From the NCBI RefSeq assembly GCF_001194135.2, contig NC_068981.1, positions 51,769,845 to 51,833,844 on the forward strand: 64,000 nucleotides of DNA. The letters are read 5' to 3'. Shown piece after piece: positions 40,016 through 54,056 of this stretch; the first letter of the stretch is position 1; every line of letters begins with the position of its first letter. This DNA comes from Octopus bimaculoides. Taxonomy: Eukaryota. The notes under the pieces were generated by a model. The model was not told the origin of the DNA. It was given only the letters and a program-made list of their open reading frames with translations, and ran no database searches. Both the position numbers and the translations under genes were made by a program.

Positions 40016-41929
40016 AAGAGTGGTTTCCTTCTTTAATTATCTGTGTTGACGTTCCTCCGTTTCAACTTTACATTTAGTCAATTACAAATATTTTATTTCC
40101 ACATATAAACCTCTCTCGTATATGTTCGGGGTTTCGAGACGAAATGAGAAATCGATACTAATATTAATGCAACTTTGTTAGTTAATTCTACGATTGCAGG
40201 AAAATTGTAAATCTGATTATATTGATCCCAGTGTATTAATGTATCACTGAAACGCTTAACGAGTAACATCAAGACGCTGTATTACAGTATATAAAGAGAG
40301 ACAAAGCTATATATTCTAACGTATTGTGTCAAACGCTTTAAAACTATTGTCTCTATTGTCATTCCACGGAACTTAATGATAGTTGAAATCGTGGTTTAAC
40401 TCCCAGATCAACTCTGATTAAGTAGTCCTATGAACAAAGTATTCCAGTTTTCAACATCCTATATTTTATATATCTATCACTACGTTTTCCTGCATGTCTT
40501 TTAAAACGAATGGATAGGCTTTGATCAAGGTTTGGCTGCTACTTCTGCCAGATTCAACAGCCGCATAGAGACTCCCAAGTTGACTTGACTTAATAGTGTT
40601 AGACATCGGTTGGAGGACAACATTTGAGATATAGAGCGCGGGCTAAGTGAAATGATCCCGTACATGGAAGACAGTAATTGTTTCGATCTTGGAGGCTGGA
40701 AAAGTTAAGGAAGGTAGGAATTTAAATCAGAATCTTATTTTAATGATAATGAAATTCGGAAGACATTTTTAATGTCGTTAGGTTTGTACCACTCAGCCTG
40801 TCTCTTATAAACAATCAGTATATCAATAATACTGGTATTATTCATTCTTGGAACAGTGAGCCTTGAAGCATATAATGCTATAAATAATAGCGTGTTAATA
40901 TTGGGTAAAACAACTCTTTGGTTAGAAACAGTCGAAGGTAACCCCTCATATTTACAAAAAAAGTAATGTATACAAAAATTACGTTCAGTTGTAGTATGTC
41001 TCTTATGCAGATATGGGTTCGAGTCATCCCACGGCAGCTTTCAACTTTTTCTAGCCAAAGAATTTCTTTTTTAATTCAGCATTCACACGCTCTTATTTAT
41101 AACTTTATCCACTTCGGGATTCACCACTCCCCTAAAAATAAAGAATTATTTCTCTCTGGCAAGTACTAATATTGAGGAATCTGTTTAAATTTCTTTATCT
41201 GTACTTTATTCTAAAATGAATTTCTATATTTCAAATTTATGATAAAAAAATGTTACCTGTGATAAAAAGAAAGTACACAAAGAAAAATATATACAAAGAT
41301 CAGACGAATAATTAGAGAAGACAATCTCTTAAGTGAAAATATTTTACATCTAAGATTAGTTTACTAAATGTAAATCAATGATCTAGACTGTTGCTAAACA
41401 TTTGACAATGTAATTTCTGTAGCATTTTAAGCGTTCTTTATACAACATATATGAGTAAACTTTGGGTTAATGGAGACTAAACTTAAAGGTTAGACTCTTT
41501 TCACTTCATATAAATCTTGTCAAAATGGACAGATGCGAAAAAGTATATATATATATCACACCTATCAGATTATTTGTTCTCTTGTTCTAATAAAATCCAA
41601 TACTTCGAAAAACAGAGTGTTTCAGGGATTTTATATTCTGCTTAAATAACAAGAAGTTCATGCGATAAAAGGTTTTCTTATTGGTTTTGCCGGCTTGCAT
41701 TTCTCATTTATTTCGTTGTATTTTTGTGTTGTTATGCATCTCTTCTTCCGCGAAACGTATTCGTACCGTATGATATACTACACGAAGTAATACGATTAAA
41801 GAGTCCACCTCTTATATGTTGATTTGATACTGTTGGAAATATGTACGTTAAGGTGGTTTATATAACAGATTTTTCGAAAAAGCTATATAGAAATATTCCA
41901 TTATGTTTTCTTTTTCTTTCTTTTATTCA

Positions 41930-41934
<5 letters not shown>

Positions 41935-42000
<66 letters not shown>

Positions 42001-42082
42001 GTACATATTCATATACATATACACAAATATACACAAACATGTATGTATGTATGTATGTATGTATGTATGTATGTATGTATGT
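41935..42082. repeat. (TA)n and (TATG)n
   Basis: Directly visible. Confidence 0.96.
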
Positions 42083-43294
42083 ATTACTTTGTTAATTTTA
42101 TCTTCCAATATTGAGTTTTCTCATTTTGTTTGTTTTGCGGGTGTGTATACATCTTGAAGTAAGAGAAAAGACTGTTGCGTGCAAACACTGACTAGCTTCT
42201 TAGAAATCGGTGGAAAGACAATGTATCGGAACCAGATCACATTGCATGAAAGCAATACTCTTTCTGTCAATTCTATGTTTTAATTTTTTCTTTCTGTTTT
42301 TTTTTTCTGTTTTGATGACTTGAATAGAATTTTATTTTGCAGATTGATTTATCCCTCTCTTCTCAGCGTTACACTTTTTATTAGTTGAAAATCCGATAAA
42401 AAAAAAAAGTAGAAATGAAAAGGATCTAAAAAAAACAAAGAAATCTAATTAGTGCCACGCAGTGGTATGTATAGAGAAATGCTGTTTGAAGAAAAGAATT
42501 GTGTTTCTTGATAAAAAAAAAAATGCCTACATTGCTTTCGGCTCAACACAATTAATGAATTCCCAGAAAGAAACCTGTATGGAATCCCCGATAAAATCCT
42601 TCAACAGTAACATTTAGAGTTACACATTCAAGTTTCCTCTTAAGCAATTACTTATAGGAACACAAGTCCAGATTTTACGTAGTTTATAGATAAGAATTTC
42701 TGGAGGTTTATCTCAGAAATATCTTCTCTTAATGTATATTTTAGGGGGTGCCGTGCAGCATATATGTTTTAGGGACAGAAATTTCTCAAAGTTCATTTAT
42801 TTACTATTATAAGAATATTAGATGATACGACTATGACGATGAATTACATTTTAGATATTAACGAAGATAGAAAAGAATAAATTTGAGAATTAAAATGATA
42901 GAAATAAAGGGACAAAAAAAATAAAGGCGTGAGATTATTTGGGAAATGGTAAGCGAAACATTAAAAATAGGACAAGAAAGCAGCCAGGCTAAAACGCAAA
43001 TGAATGGAGGAAATGTATGTAGTTGTCTGCTGAATTCTAATGAGAAATATGTAAAACAGAAGATATTTCACTTAAAGTGAAATAGACGTACAATTAATGG
43101 TTTGTATTTTGAAAGGATCTTTTTCCAACATGAAAGCACTTAAGAGTGTGGGATAAATAGTTCAGAGGATAAGCAAAAAGTTACTCTGTGTACGCATGTG
43201 TTACACCTTTCATACATTCACACACACACACATGCATATTTACATAAATAGATAGATAAAAGAGATACAAGAATATATATGTACATATATATAT

Positions 43295-43353
<59 letters not shown>

Positions 43354-43991
43354 TGTATGTACGTATGTATGTATGTACACCTGTGGTCGTGTGTATATGT
43401 TACAATACTTATACGTGTTTATTAATTTTACAAAGATTCTTTCTATTAATTCTTTAATTGTGTTGTGGTGGAAACAATGTAAGATTTTTCTTTTTATTTC
43501 AAAGAACATTGTGACATTGCACTCAGAATATTTTAGGTTACGTAAAAATGGATGCATAACAAAATATTCACAGAATAAATTAACAAAAAGTAGCTCATAC
43601 ACATAAAATAGAAGAAAGATATTTAGTTTTGTACACCTTCTTTAGCACAAAGTGATTATACATTATAGTCAATGATCTCCAAGTATCGATCAAAAAGAAT
43701 TCCCATATCTACCATCAATACCACCAGCTCTTTAATATAATATGGCATAAAAGTTTGTTATAATTATATTGTCGACGTCTCTAACCAGATAAAGAACCAT
43801 TATGATAAGCTGTGCGTAAGCAACATGGCCAAACTATGCAGAAACTGAAACGAGACAACCTTTTGCCATCAAATCGTTTTGTAGAAAAAATATCTTGAGT
43901 TACAAGATTAGTCGAGTGTTCTACGAATGGACAAGTGTATCAAGCTAAAACTGACCGAAGTATGTATACATCAAAGTGCATTTCATCTGGC

Positions 43992-44712
43992 AAGGCACGA
44001 GCCTGGCTGTGTGACAAGAAGTTTACTGCCCGCCGACATGATTCCGGGTTCAGCCCCACTGCGTGGCACTCTGGGCAACTGTCTTCTTCTATAACCCTTA
44101 CAGTTTTTCTTTTTTTTTTTTCGATGATTCATGGTCCTCTATAAAATAATTGCAGGATAATCAACGGGGAAAGAAATGACATACATTTATGTACCATAAT
44201 TTCTGGACTATGAACTGCACTGCCCATAGATCCACATCCCTGAAAGCCACAACTTAATCCCAGCTGTGCCCCATTGGGAGACAATAAATGTACATGAAAA
44301 TATAAGGAATCAGCTAATCAATTGGTTACAAAACAAATGAGAAATGATAAATACCGACAGCACATGCACAATCAACCGTTATACCTGCATATTTTCTATC
44401 GGCTAATCGCACTTATTGTACAAGTGTGATTGGCCAATGAGTGATTTAGGTGCGGTATGGATTTTTGAGACCAATGACAAAAAAGGTTGATAGCATGCTA
44501 AAAATTGAAAGTCTTTAAATTTTAAACTGAACTGCCTCAAGCCACCCCGTTTTAGCAATACTTCAGCGTCCCTTGTGAGTGAATTCGGTAGACAGTGTGT
44601 GTGTTTGTGTGTATGTGTGTGGACTTATGTGTATGTTTGTCCTTCAAAACCAATGTTGGTGTGTTTGCGTTTTGATAACCTAGCGACTCGGCAAAAGATA
44701 ACCGATAGAATG
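43992..44712 (+). mobile_element. Old SINE family A copy split by an insertion of about 470 bp
   Basis: 5' half at 43992-44096 (ggctgtgtg..ccactgcgtggcactctgggcaactgtcttc). 3' half resumes near 44571 (ccttgtgagtgaattcggtagac..ggcaaaagataaccgatagaat). Confidence 0.7.
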
Positions 44713-45655
44713 TGCGGGAATGTTTGCGTATGCATGTGTATATGTACCTACCTGTATACTACAACGTAGTAATATATANNNNNNNNNNNNNNNNNNNNNN
44801 NNNNNNNNNNNNNNNNNNNNNNNNNNNNNNNNNNNNNNNNNNNNNNNNNNNNNNNNNNNNNNNNNNNNNNNNNNNNNNNNNNNNNNNNNNNNNNNNNNNN
44901 NNNNNNNNNNNNNNNNNNNNNNNNNNNNNNNNNNNNNNNNNNNNNNNNNNNNNNNNNNNNNNNNNNNNNNNNNNNNNNNNNNNNNNNNNNNNNNNNNNNN
45001 NNNNNNNNNNNNNNNNNNNNNNNNNNNNNNNNNNNNNNNNNNNNNNNNNNNNNNNNNNNNNNNNNNNNNNNNNNNNNNNNNNNNNNNNNNNNNNNNNNNN
45101 NNNNNNNNNNNNNNNNNNNNNNNNNNNNNNNNNNNNNNNNNNNNNNNNNNNNNNNNNNNNNNNNNNNNNNNNNNNNNNNNNNNNNNNNNNNNNNNNNNNN
45201 NNNNNNNNNNNNNNNNNNNNNNNNNNNNNNNNNNNNNNNNNNNNNNNNNNNNNNNNNNNNNNNNNNNNNNNNNNNNNNNNNNNNNNNNNNNNNNNNNNNN
45301 NNNNNNNNNNNNNNNNNNNNNNNNNNNNNNNNNNNNNNNNNNNNNNNNNNNNNNNNNNNNNNNNNNNNNNNNNNNNNNNNNNNNNNNNNNNNNNNNNNNN
45401 NNNNNNNNNNNNNNNNNNNNNNNNNNNNNNNNNNNNNNNNNNNNNNNNNNNNNNNNNNNNNNNNNNNNNNNNNNNNNNNNNNNNNNNNNNNNNNNNNNNN
45501 NNNNNNNNNNNNNNNNNNNNNNNNNNNNNNNNNNNNNNNNNNNNNNNNNNNNNNNNNNNNNNNNNNNNNNNNNNNNNNNNNNNNNNNNNNNNNNNNNNNN
45601 NNNNNNNNNNNNNNNNNNNNNNNNNNNNNNNNNNNNNNNNNNNNNNNNNNNNNNN

Positions 45656-45781
<126 letters not shown>

Positions 45782-47424
45782 GACAGAGAGAAATAGTTAG
45801 TTACAGAGAGGGGGTAACAGTTTAAAAGCTGTGCCGGATGGCGGGATGGCGTTATACATTTTAGCAAAAGGTTTGGGTACTGTAGGGAAGTCCCACATTA
45901 CATTCTTATGCTCGACACGGTTTGACAATAACCATCAAAACTCCAGATAGACTTAAAAGAAGAAAATGCTTTTATATTTAAATCAATTCATTCTTTACGT
46001 ATGTTTTGCTAGAACATTTTACATAACTACCGCACAACTTGTACATCAGTTACACCATCGCATCGAGGGATATGTGGAATTTGTAATGCAAAACATATTA
46101 CTCATGCAACTATGTATAAGATAGAGGGCTAGTAGGAGGCAAGTTCAACAGTCAAATAAGAAATAGTTGTAAAAATCAGCGAGGTTATCTTTATGTTGAT
46201 TAAATTTACATGTGAAATTATTCACCACAATTTTCACACACAAACTTTAGTTATTTTATTATATATGTACATGTGAGCTTTTCTCTGTGTGCATATGCAT
46301 GAAATAGACTGGATTTTATATTTGTATGCATGTTAGCATGCGTACGTATGAGTAAGACGGAAGAAGACACAAAGAGTGTAGAAGAAAATATATAGAAATT
46401 TCAAAATTATTATTAATTCAAAAGAAAATTCATCACTTGAAAAAGTATAGATTGGACGCCTAATTGTCAAGAAGAACGAGCTTAGTTAACAAGATCATTG
46501 TTGATAAAAGTATAACAATTAGAAATAATAAAAGCTACTAGAAGCATTATTTGTTGAAAATAATTAATGTTTTGTTGAATAACTGTAACTAGAAATATTT
46601 CCATGGATACGTTTGTTATTTGATTTTTGTTCAGTGTGTATTAGATATGAAAATATGGAATATTTAACAAATTTGCTTAGCAATCAGATCTGAGTTCGAT
46701 CTCACAGTGTGACTTCTTGGAAAATCACCTTTCAATACAGCTTCGGGTCAACCCAATACTTGTCAGAGCAATTGAATGAACGCAAACTGTTTGGAAGCTT
46801 AACGGATGGATTCTATTTATAATTGAAAGGTCCCATCTTGACTCTCTCTCTCACACACACACACACAACACACACACAACACACACACATATGTGGATGC
46901 ACACAACATACATACACAAATAGATATGTGTATATATATATCAAATGTATATATGTGTACATATATATCAGAAGAGAGAGAGAGAGAGAGGGGGAGAGAG
47001 AGAGAGGGAGAGAGAGAGAGAGAGAGGGAGAGAGAGAGAGAGAGAGAGGGTTATTGCTTCGCTCACTTCTGATCGGGATCTTTAAGCACAGGTGTTTGAA
47101 CAGTGAGTAGCCCGTAATTTTGTATTAATGAAACTCCATCGTTGTGAGTTAATGGCTGTTATTTCGAAGAAGTCGAACAATGACAAGAAGCTTTTCGATG
47201 GCTTGTAAATGAAGAGTTTAAATGAATGGTAAAATAGTCACTTCATAATATAAACACACACAAATCCAGAATGCGTTCAAAAAAGTGACAATCTTAAAAT
47301 TGTAAATGAGTGTAGCTTTGTAGCACCAATGTTTTTAATGTATCAATATATTATGCATCACAAGTCAGCAAACGAGGAGAATCTTTAGCACAAAATGCTT
47401 AGAGGCATTTCATCCTTCTTTACG

Positions 47425-47572
47425 TTCTCAGTTCAAATTCCTCCGAGGTCGACTTTACCTTTCATCATTTCGGAGTCAATAAAATAAGTACCAGTTGAGC
47501 ACTGAGGTCGGTGTAATCAACTTGTCCCCTTCTCCGAAACTGCAGACCTTGAGACAAAATCTGAAACCAATA
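47425..47572 (+). mobile_element. SINE family C
   Basis: gttcaaattcctccgaggtcgactttacctttcatcatttcggagtcaataaaataagtaccag.. Confidence 0.8.
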
Positions 47573-47609
47573 TATCATGTTCTTTTTGTTTTTTGATTCT
47601 TTAGCTATC

Positions 47610-47998
47610 TTGTTGTTGTTGGTACTCTGTCGCTTACGACGTCGAGGGTTCCAGTCGATCCGATCAACGGAACAGCCTGCTCGTGAAATTAACGTGCAAA
47701 TGGCTGAGCACTCCACAGACACGTATACCCTTAACGTAGTTCTCGGGGATATTCAGCGTGACACAGTGTGACAAGGCTGACCCTTTGAATTATAGGTACA
47801 ACAGAAACAGGAAGAAAGAGTGAGAGAACGTTGTGGTGGAAGAGTACAGCAGGGTTCGCCACCATCCCCTGCCGGAGCCTCGTGGAGCTTTAGGTGTTTT
47901 CGCTCAATAAAAACTCACAACACCCGGTCTGGGAATCGAAACCGTGATCCTATGACCGCGAGTCCGCTGCCCTAACCACTGGGCCATTGCGCCTCCAC
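47610..47998 (-). mobile_element. Full-length tRNA-derived SINE (family B) with a 12-bp TSD
   Basis: A box TGGCCCAGTGG, B box GTTTCGATTCC, (CAA)n tail; TSD tctttagctatc at 47598-47609 and 47999-48010. Confidence 0.95.
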
Positions 47999-48094
47999 TC
48001 TTTAGCTATCAATATCTAGAAAAAAACACATATGCAGTGATTTGCTCATTAAAACCTTAAAAGCAAGACTCTATTGATCAGAAATATGTTTCTT

Positions 48095-48285
48095 TCTCCT
48101 ATAAACATAAGACCTGAAATTTTGGTGGCGGGGGTTTACGAATGACATCAACTCAAATGTTCAATTGGTATTTATTATATCGACCCCGAAAGGATTAAAG
48201 GCAAATCTGACTTTCGTGGGTTTTGAACACAACACGGAAAGCCGGAAGAAATGCCGTTAAGCGTTTTCTACGGCAGTTCGAGCTT
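48095..48285 (-). mobile_element. SINE family C (degraded)
   Basis: ggtatttattatatcgaccccgaaaggattaaaggcaaatctgac..gaaatgccgttaagc. Confidence 0.7.
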
Positions 48286-48599
48286 TGCTGTATGATATTA
48301 CTTTCGTGTATATAGAAACCAGTCTCCCAAAATGAGTTGCCTTTAATGTGGGTATAGATACAAGTATTTGTGTTTGTATATATCGGGACAAAAGAATATT
48401 ATAGCTGTGTGGTATTATTTAAAATCATGGTATTGTTGTAATTGACTCGCATCACTCGAATTCGAACATCTCTGTATATCTACTTCCATCAACAATGACT
48501 TTGAAGTGGAAAACAACATACATATGTAAATTTATCAGCATCGAAGAGAACAAAAACCGACGATTTAGATGCGGACGCACATAGCATACATTTGCAAAC

Positions 48600-48695
48600 A
48601 CACTAATGTATATGTGTGCGTGTGAGGAAGCCAGAGAGAGAGAGCGCGAGAGAGATCGTGTGTGTGTGCATGCGTAATATATATACGTGTGCGTC

Positions 48696-48785
<90 letters not shown>

Positions 48786-48935
48786 TGTATGTGTGGGTGT
48801 GTTTGGGTGTGTAGGTGTGCTTGGGCGTGTGTGTGTGTTTGTATACATACATACATATACATGGACACGTGCGCACAGCACACGTATTAATATATATATA
48901 TGCACATATGTTGGTGAGTCGGTGTATGTATGTAT

Positions 48936-48982
<47 letters not shown>

Positions 48983-49005
48983 TGTGTGTGTCTGTGTGTG
49001 TAATT
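48600..49005. repeat. Compound (TA)n/(GT)n microsatellite field
   Basis: Directly visible. Confidence 0.95.
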
Positions 49006-49659
49006 ACACCTTACGTAGAATGATAACGAAAGAAATTTCACCCGAAGGTGTGTCATAGCATGAATTAGGGAGAAATTGTTATTTTTTTCCTTAGCATTCG
49101 TTCATGGAAATTAGTTGTTTTGTTATTTTCTTTTTGTCTATGTAGCAAAGACTTCATCTCCTGATATATCTGTAATTTTTTTTCTTCTTTTTCATTATGC
49201 TCTTTCTCTCAGTTGCTATCTATTTACCTATATTTTATCGTTGCTTTATATTTACTCTTTCTATCGAGCTATCTGCCTGCACTTTTACTAGATTGCCATT
49301 TTCCCTTTTTGTGGTAGAATCTTCCCCTACAATTTCCTTTCTTCTTGTTTTCCTTTCTCTCTCTATTTTTCCATTCCTCAACGAATTCTATTGCATTTTC
49401 CTACGTATCTTTTTCCCTTTACTTCTCACATTCTTTCAATCAATTCGTACTTATACTTTGCTTTTTTCTGGCAATTCTCTTTCTAATTATTCATGATTAT
49501 TTTTTTATTTAAATTTTAACTTTTATTCAAATTCTTAACACTGTAAATCCAGCCACAAATAAAGTAAGAAAACATTGTTCCAGTTAAAGCAATACATAAA
49601 ATTGATCTATTAATGAGTCAAAGTACATGCGTGTACGTGTGTATATGTATACAAGTGTG

Positions 49660-49737
49660 TGTATTTTATCGACCATGAAATGACGAATGAAAATGAAAGG
49701 CAAATTCAACCTCGGCGGCATTTGAACTCAGAACGTG
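49660..49737 (-). mobile_element. SINE family C fragment
   Basis: ttttatcgacc..atgaaaggcaaattcaacctcggcggcatttgaactcagaacgt. Confidence 0.7.
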
Positions 49738-49751
49738 TATATATGTATATA

Positions 49752-49805
<54 letters not shown>

Positions 49806-50556
49806 TTTCTTTCTGTGTACAATATATATGGTTGTATATATGCATGGAGGAAAAAACGTTATATATTCTCTTCTTCCCAAAGAATCAAATCAACTATCTT
49901 CGAATTTCTGTCTGAAAAGTAACACTGATCGATTGGTGTATATGAGTGAAAAGTAGGTGTTTAGATAACATATCTATAGATCCTCTGAGCATAAATATTT
50001 ACTAGTGCACGATTCATTGTTGTATGCATGGAATAAGTAATATTTGGCTTCATTGAAAGAAAGAAAAGAAAGGTAAAACAACATTAAAATAAAAGAATCA
50101 TTTAATAGATCACAATATTTATTAGTTTTTATATTTTCATTTTTATATACAATACTATATATAAAATTCTGGGAAACAAGAAATTCTGAAAGTCGATATT
50201 CCTGATGCAAAATTTATTACGAATTTAAACATTTTCATAATTGGAACGTCTGCGACATTCTCTTCACATAATAAATTGATTTTGATCAGAGAAAAATGGT
50301 TATGTGTGAAAGAACATCAGCTCAACTGGCCATCTATAAACACTAGAAGGGAGATAAATGCTACATTTTGATAAGGTTTGCTCTCGACTTTTCTTTATTG
50401 ACACGGCGAATGCGGATCTGGTTGGAATTGACGACATCTTAAGATGAAGTGTAAATCTGTATTGGGTGGTTGCAGAATAATAAGGACAATCGAGAAAAAA
50501 AGTGAGTAAATGAATGAATGGATAAAAATAGACAGATAGCTAGCTAGCTAGCTAGC

Positions 50557-50589
<33 letters not shown>

Positions 50590-50590
<1 letters not shown>

Positions 50591-50885
50591 CATTTCTTTT
50601 ATTAGCTACACATGGCTTTGCACAGGGGGGACAAATACAATGTAAAGCTTTTCTTTTTGTGAGGGGGAAGGAGAGAAAGAAAAAAAAGAAAAGGGGGGCG
50701 ATCGAAAGGGATCGTAGGAAAGAAAAAAGGGGGAGTTCGATCAAAAGGGATCGAAAAAAAAAAGAAGGCGATCAATAGGGATCGTGTATCACAGCAATGT
50801 TCTCGTGTAAAAAGGGGGGACAGTTTAGGTTTAACCGTGGAAAGAAAAGCCTACGGAAAAGACCACCGTAACCTTGGCCAATATT
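50590..50885 (-). mobile_element. Tx1-type LINE 3' UTR fragment inside (GATA)n
   Basis: 50823-50878 (taggtttaaccgtgg..cctacggaaaagaccaccgtaac) is homologous to 32571-32625 of the Tx1 element; (GATA)n at 50555-50592 and 50890-51030. Confidence 0.7.
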
Positions 50886-50888
50886 GTC

Positions 50889-50960
<72 letters not shown>

Positions 50961-50962
50961 AC

Positions 50963-51032
<70 letters not shown>

Positions 51033-51479
51033 GTAGGGGTGAGAGAGAAGACATTTCTTAATTTGGAAAAAGTATCTTATGGAAAGTAAATTATATTTGT
51101 AAGTTTTCTGGAAAGATATTTATGAACACAGATTCATATTTTTGTCTTCATTTCCTAAGTTACTATTTAAAAAATGAGAAAAGTCTTATTTTCAAGATGA
51201 CGTTAATTCAATACAGTAAGAGACAGACAGACAAACAGACGGACAGTCGAACAGATTGAGTGATATATACTATTGTCATACTCACCTCATTTTTCATCAT
51301 CTTCTTTATCTCAAACTTGGTGTACGTTCTTCCGTTAATATTCACCTATCATTCCTTGATTGATGATGTGACAACTCAAAATCCCTGCCTGGATTGCCTT
51401 CATTTCGACTTTTGTAACTATTTGAAATAAATTCTTTCAGTTACACTGCAGATACAGAAGTTTTAAATTGTTAATACTT

Positions 51480-52400
51480 TCCTTGCTTCGATGTCTAATT
51501 TGCAGATGTCTTCTTGTATCAGTCATTAACATTGTATTGTAAAAACAATATTATATTTGGTTTTAATGAATGGGTAGACTGAGAATTACATATCTTCTGC
51601 AACTTGCTGAAAACTCTTGCCTTGTTCTTTGTTAGCAGAGAGAATAGAACGCAAACTTAAAATTCACATACAGGATAAGATATTTTTATTACTCGTAATA
51701 GAAACTAGGGGTAAAAAGGGTTAATATCAAAGTTGGTTGACAGCTCGATAACTTTCTTTGACTAAGCATTAAATAAAACAATTATCATAGACATATTAGC
51801 TTCTGTTAGGTCATATGCCGCAATCTAACATGATGCAATTCAGTTGTCCCGTAATCTTAAGGTAGTTGCCTTGACGATATAGCTTTGTTCGTCGTATGAT
51901 TCATGTTTTTGCCCGAGATTTCCGGTGTTATTTTCTATAAAGGAAATATTCTTTTCTGTTATTTCTTAGTCACACAGGAAGGGGTAACAGTATCTATAGC
52001 ATTCACAAACCCTTCCACGCTGGTAAAATTGACGCAGTTCATACAAAGTTTGGTCAGATGTAGATCCACAACGCTAAGGAAAATTGAGGCTAGATAGATT
52101 TACAGAGACTGTCAGTGCTAGGAAGAAATAATTTGGTGTATTTAGTGTAGGAATTGAGATATAATACACAGCAGGAATAAGGTTGATTCAAATGGGGAGA
52201 GCCAGAAGTATATTCAACCAGTTGGTTCAGATTATAAGATAGTGTTAGTAGCAATAAAAGAGACATAGATGAAATTATGTTACCTTAAAATTATATTACC
52301 CTAGTCGATCCCACCTTTATCAATCAGTTAGATAGCCTTTAAGATGCCGTCCGAGACGTTTATACTGTTTGAGATGTTTACATTTAATAAGAGCTTGATT
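51480..52400 (-). mobile_element. Highly degraded CR1/L2-like LINE remnant
   Basis: Minus strand has FVNAIDTVTPSCVTKK..RIFPL*KITPEI, resembling the CR1/L2 linker LD..AP.K..PW.T.EI; many stops. Confidence 0.3.
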
Positions 52401-52682
52401 TCTAATTTATCTTGTAGGTTTTATAGCTTGGAGTTTTAGCTTCATATCAGTTGCCATGTTGCCTTTCTTTCTTCTTGAACTCTTTGTGATAAACATGAAG
52501 ATGGCAAATCTAAAACAGCACCATCCTGCTCCTGCAAAATTCGGCGTCCGTCAGGATCAGTTGAAGGAGTTAAATTTATTGTTGGTTTCAGTATCGTTAC
52601 AGTAGGCAGTACCAGTTCTAAGGAGGCATTCTTGAATCTGCAAGATGTAAAATTTTAGTTTAACTAATTATGTTATAACTTA

Positions 52683-53066
52683 GGCGCAGGAGTGGCTATG
52701 TGGTAAATAACTTGCTTACCAACCACGTGGTTCCGAGTTCAGTCCCACTGCTTGGCACCTTGGGCAAGTGTCTTCTACTGTAGCCTTGGGCCGACCAAAG
52801 CCTTGTGAGTGGATTTGTCAGACGGAAACTGAAAGAAGCCTGCCTCGTGTATATATATGTTTGTGTGTCTGCGTTTGTCTTCCCCCACCATCGTTTGACA
52901 ACCGATGTTGGTGTGTTTACGTCCCTGTAACGTAGCGGTTCGGCAAAAGAGAACGATAGAATAAGTACTAGGCTTCGAAAGAATAAGTCCTGGGGTCGAT
53001 TTGTTCGACTAAATGTGGTGCTCCAGCATAGCCGCGGTCAAATGACTGAAACAAATAAAAGAATAA
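52683..53066 (+). mobile_element. Full-length SINE family A (tRNA head, CORE-like domain, GT/TA tract, tail)
   Basis: ggcgcaggagtggctatgtggtaa (A-box-like), ggttccgagttcagtccc (B-box-like), ccttgggcaagtgtcttc (CORE-like, shared with MIR), tail ggtgctccagcat..gactgaaacaaataaaagaataa. It resembles the octopus OR-type SINEs, but the exact family name is not verified. Confidence 0.93.
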
Positions 53067-53881
53067 CGATTAGAGTTATTTTCAACACAGCGCTACCTTA
53101 TGTTTATTCTGAATGGTTTCGAAAGGGTTTCTTCGATGCATCTATGAAACTTATAACTTATGCTTGTTCAGAAAGTAGATGTGTGTAATGTAGCTATTCC
53201 AGTGCACCATAGTTTCAGCATTCAGTTTTCCTACTCCGAGGTGACCAATCCATATAGGATGGACGGTATACAATGCACCAACCCCTGAGATTGAAATCAC
53301 TAATTAGAGTCGAAATATTTTCCACCTCGAAGTAATGACTAATCCTAAAATTATAGATTTTGTAATATTGTGTGTGCGTAGTAGACAAGAAGTATCAACA
53401 TATAAAAGGTTGAGTTTGTAATCATCTTCATTTTTAATACTGACGTTTTAGTTAAGTTTTTGTCTCAGATTAGAGAGAATGAGGAATGATCTTCATTAGA
53501 GCATGACTATCTCAGACTTGAGAGGATAAGGAAGGAATCTTCATAAAAGCATGACTATTTTCATGCTGTTGAATGGAAGTAAACTCTTATGTCCCAACTA
53601 GGAGTCTGCCTTAATGGGAGCAGTTTGTTGAAGGGTTTCTAGTGTGCATGTGTGAGATGTCAGTGTCAGAGTTAGAATGCAGGAAAATAGTTTAGATCAA
53701 AGAGATCATTTTCAGTGCACCCAGTGAGAGCACAGTCTGATGTCAAGTTTCCAATTCATAGCCAGAGAATCATGTAGACAATGTGGGAAGTGCTTTAATA
53801 GGTGTTTGTTATGTCAGCTTTTTCACAGGGTTAGCAACGGATAAAGCCAGAATATTTATGATAAAGCAGTTTTATTTTAAT

Positions 53882-54056
53882 ACAGTTCTATATTTAAGAG
53901 GTGAGGAATTATGTACATTATTTACAATTGACGGAAATTTGTCCTCATCTTATTTGTTGCTAACACAACGTTTCAGCTGATATACCCTCCAGCTTTCACC
54001 AGGTGTCTTGGGGAAATTTCGAACCTAGGATCTCATTCCTAAGGTATTTTTCGATG

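Noticed and set aside
53430-53800. Possible additional L2/CR1 fragment on the minus strand (TLETLQQTAPIK)
   Set aside because: A single weak motif among many stops is not enough to call.
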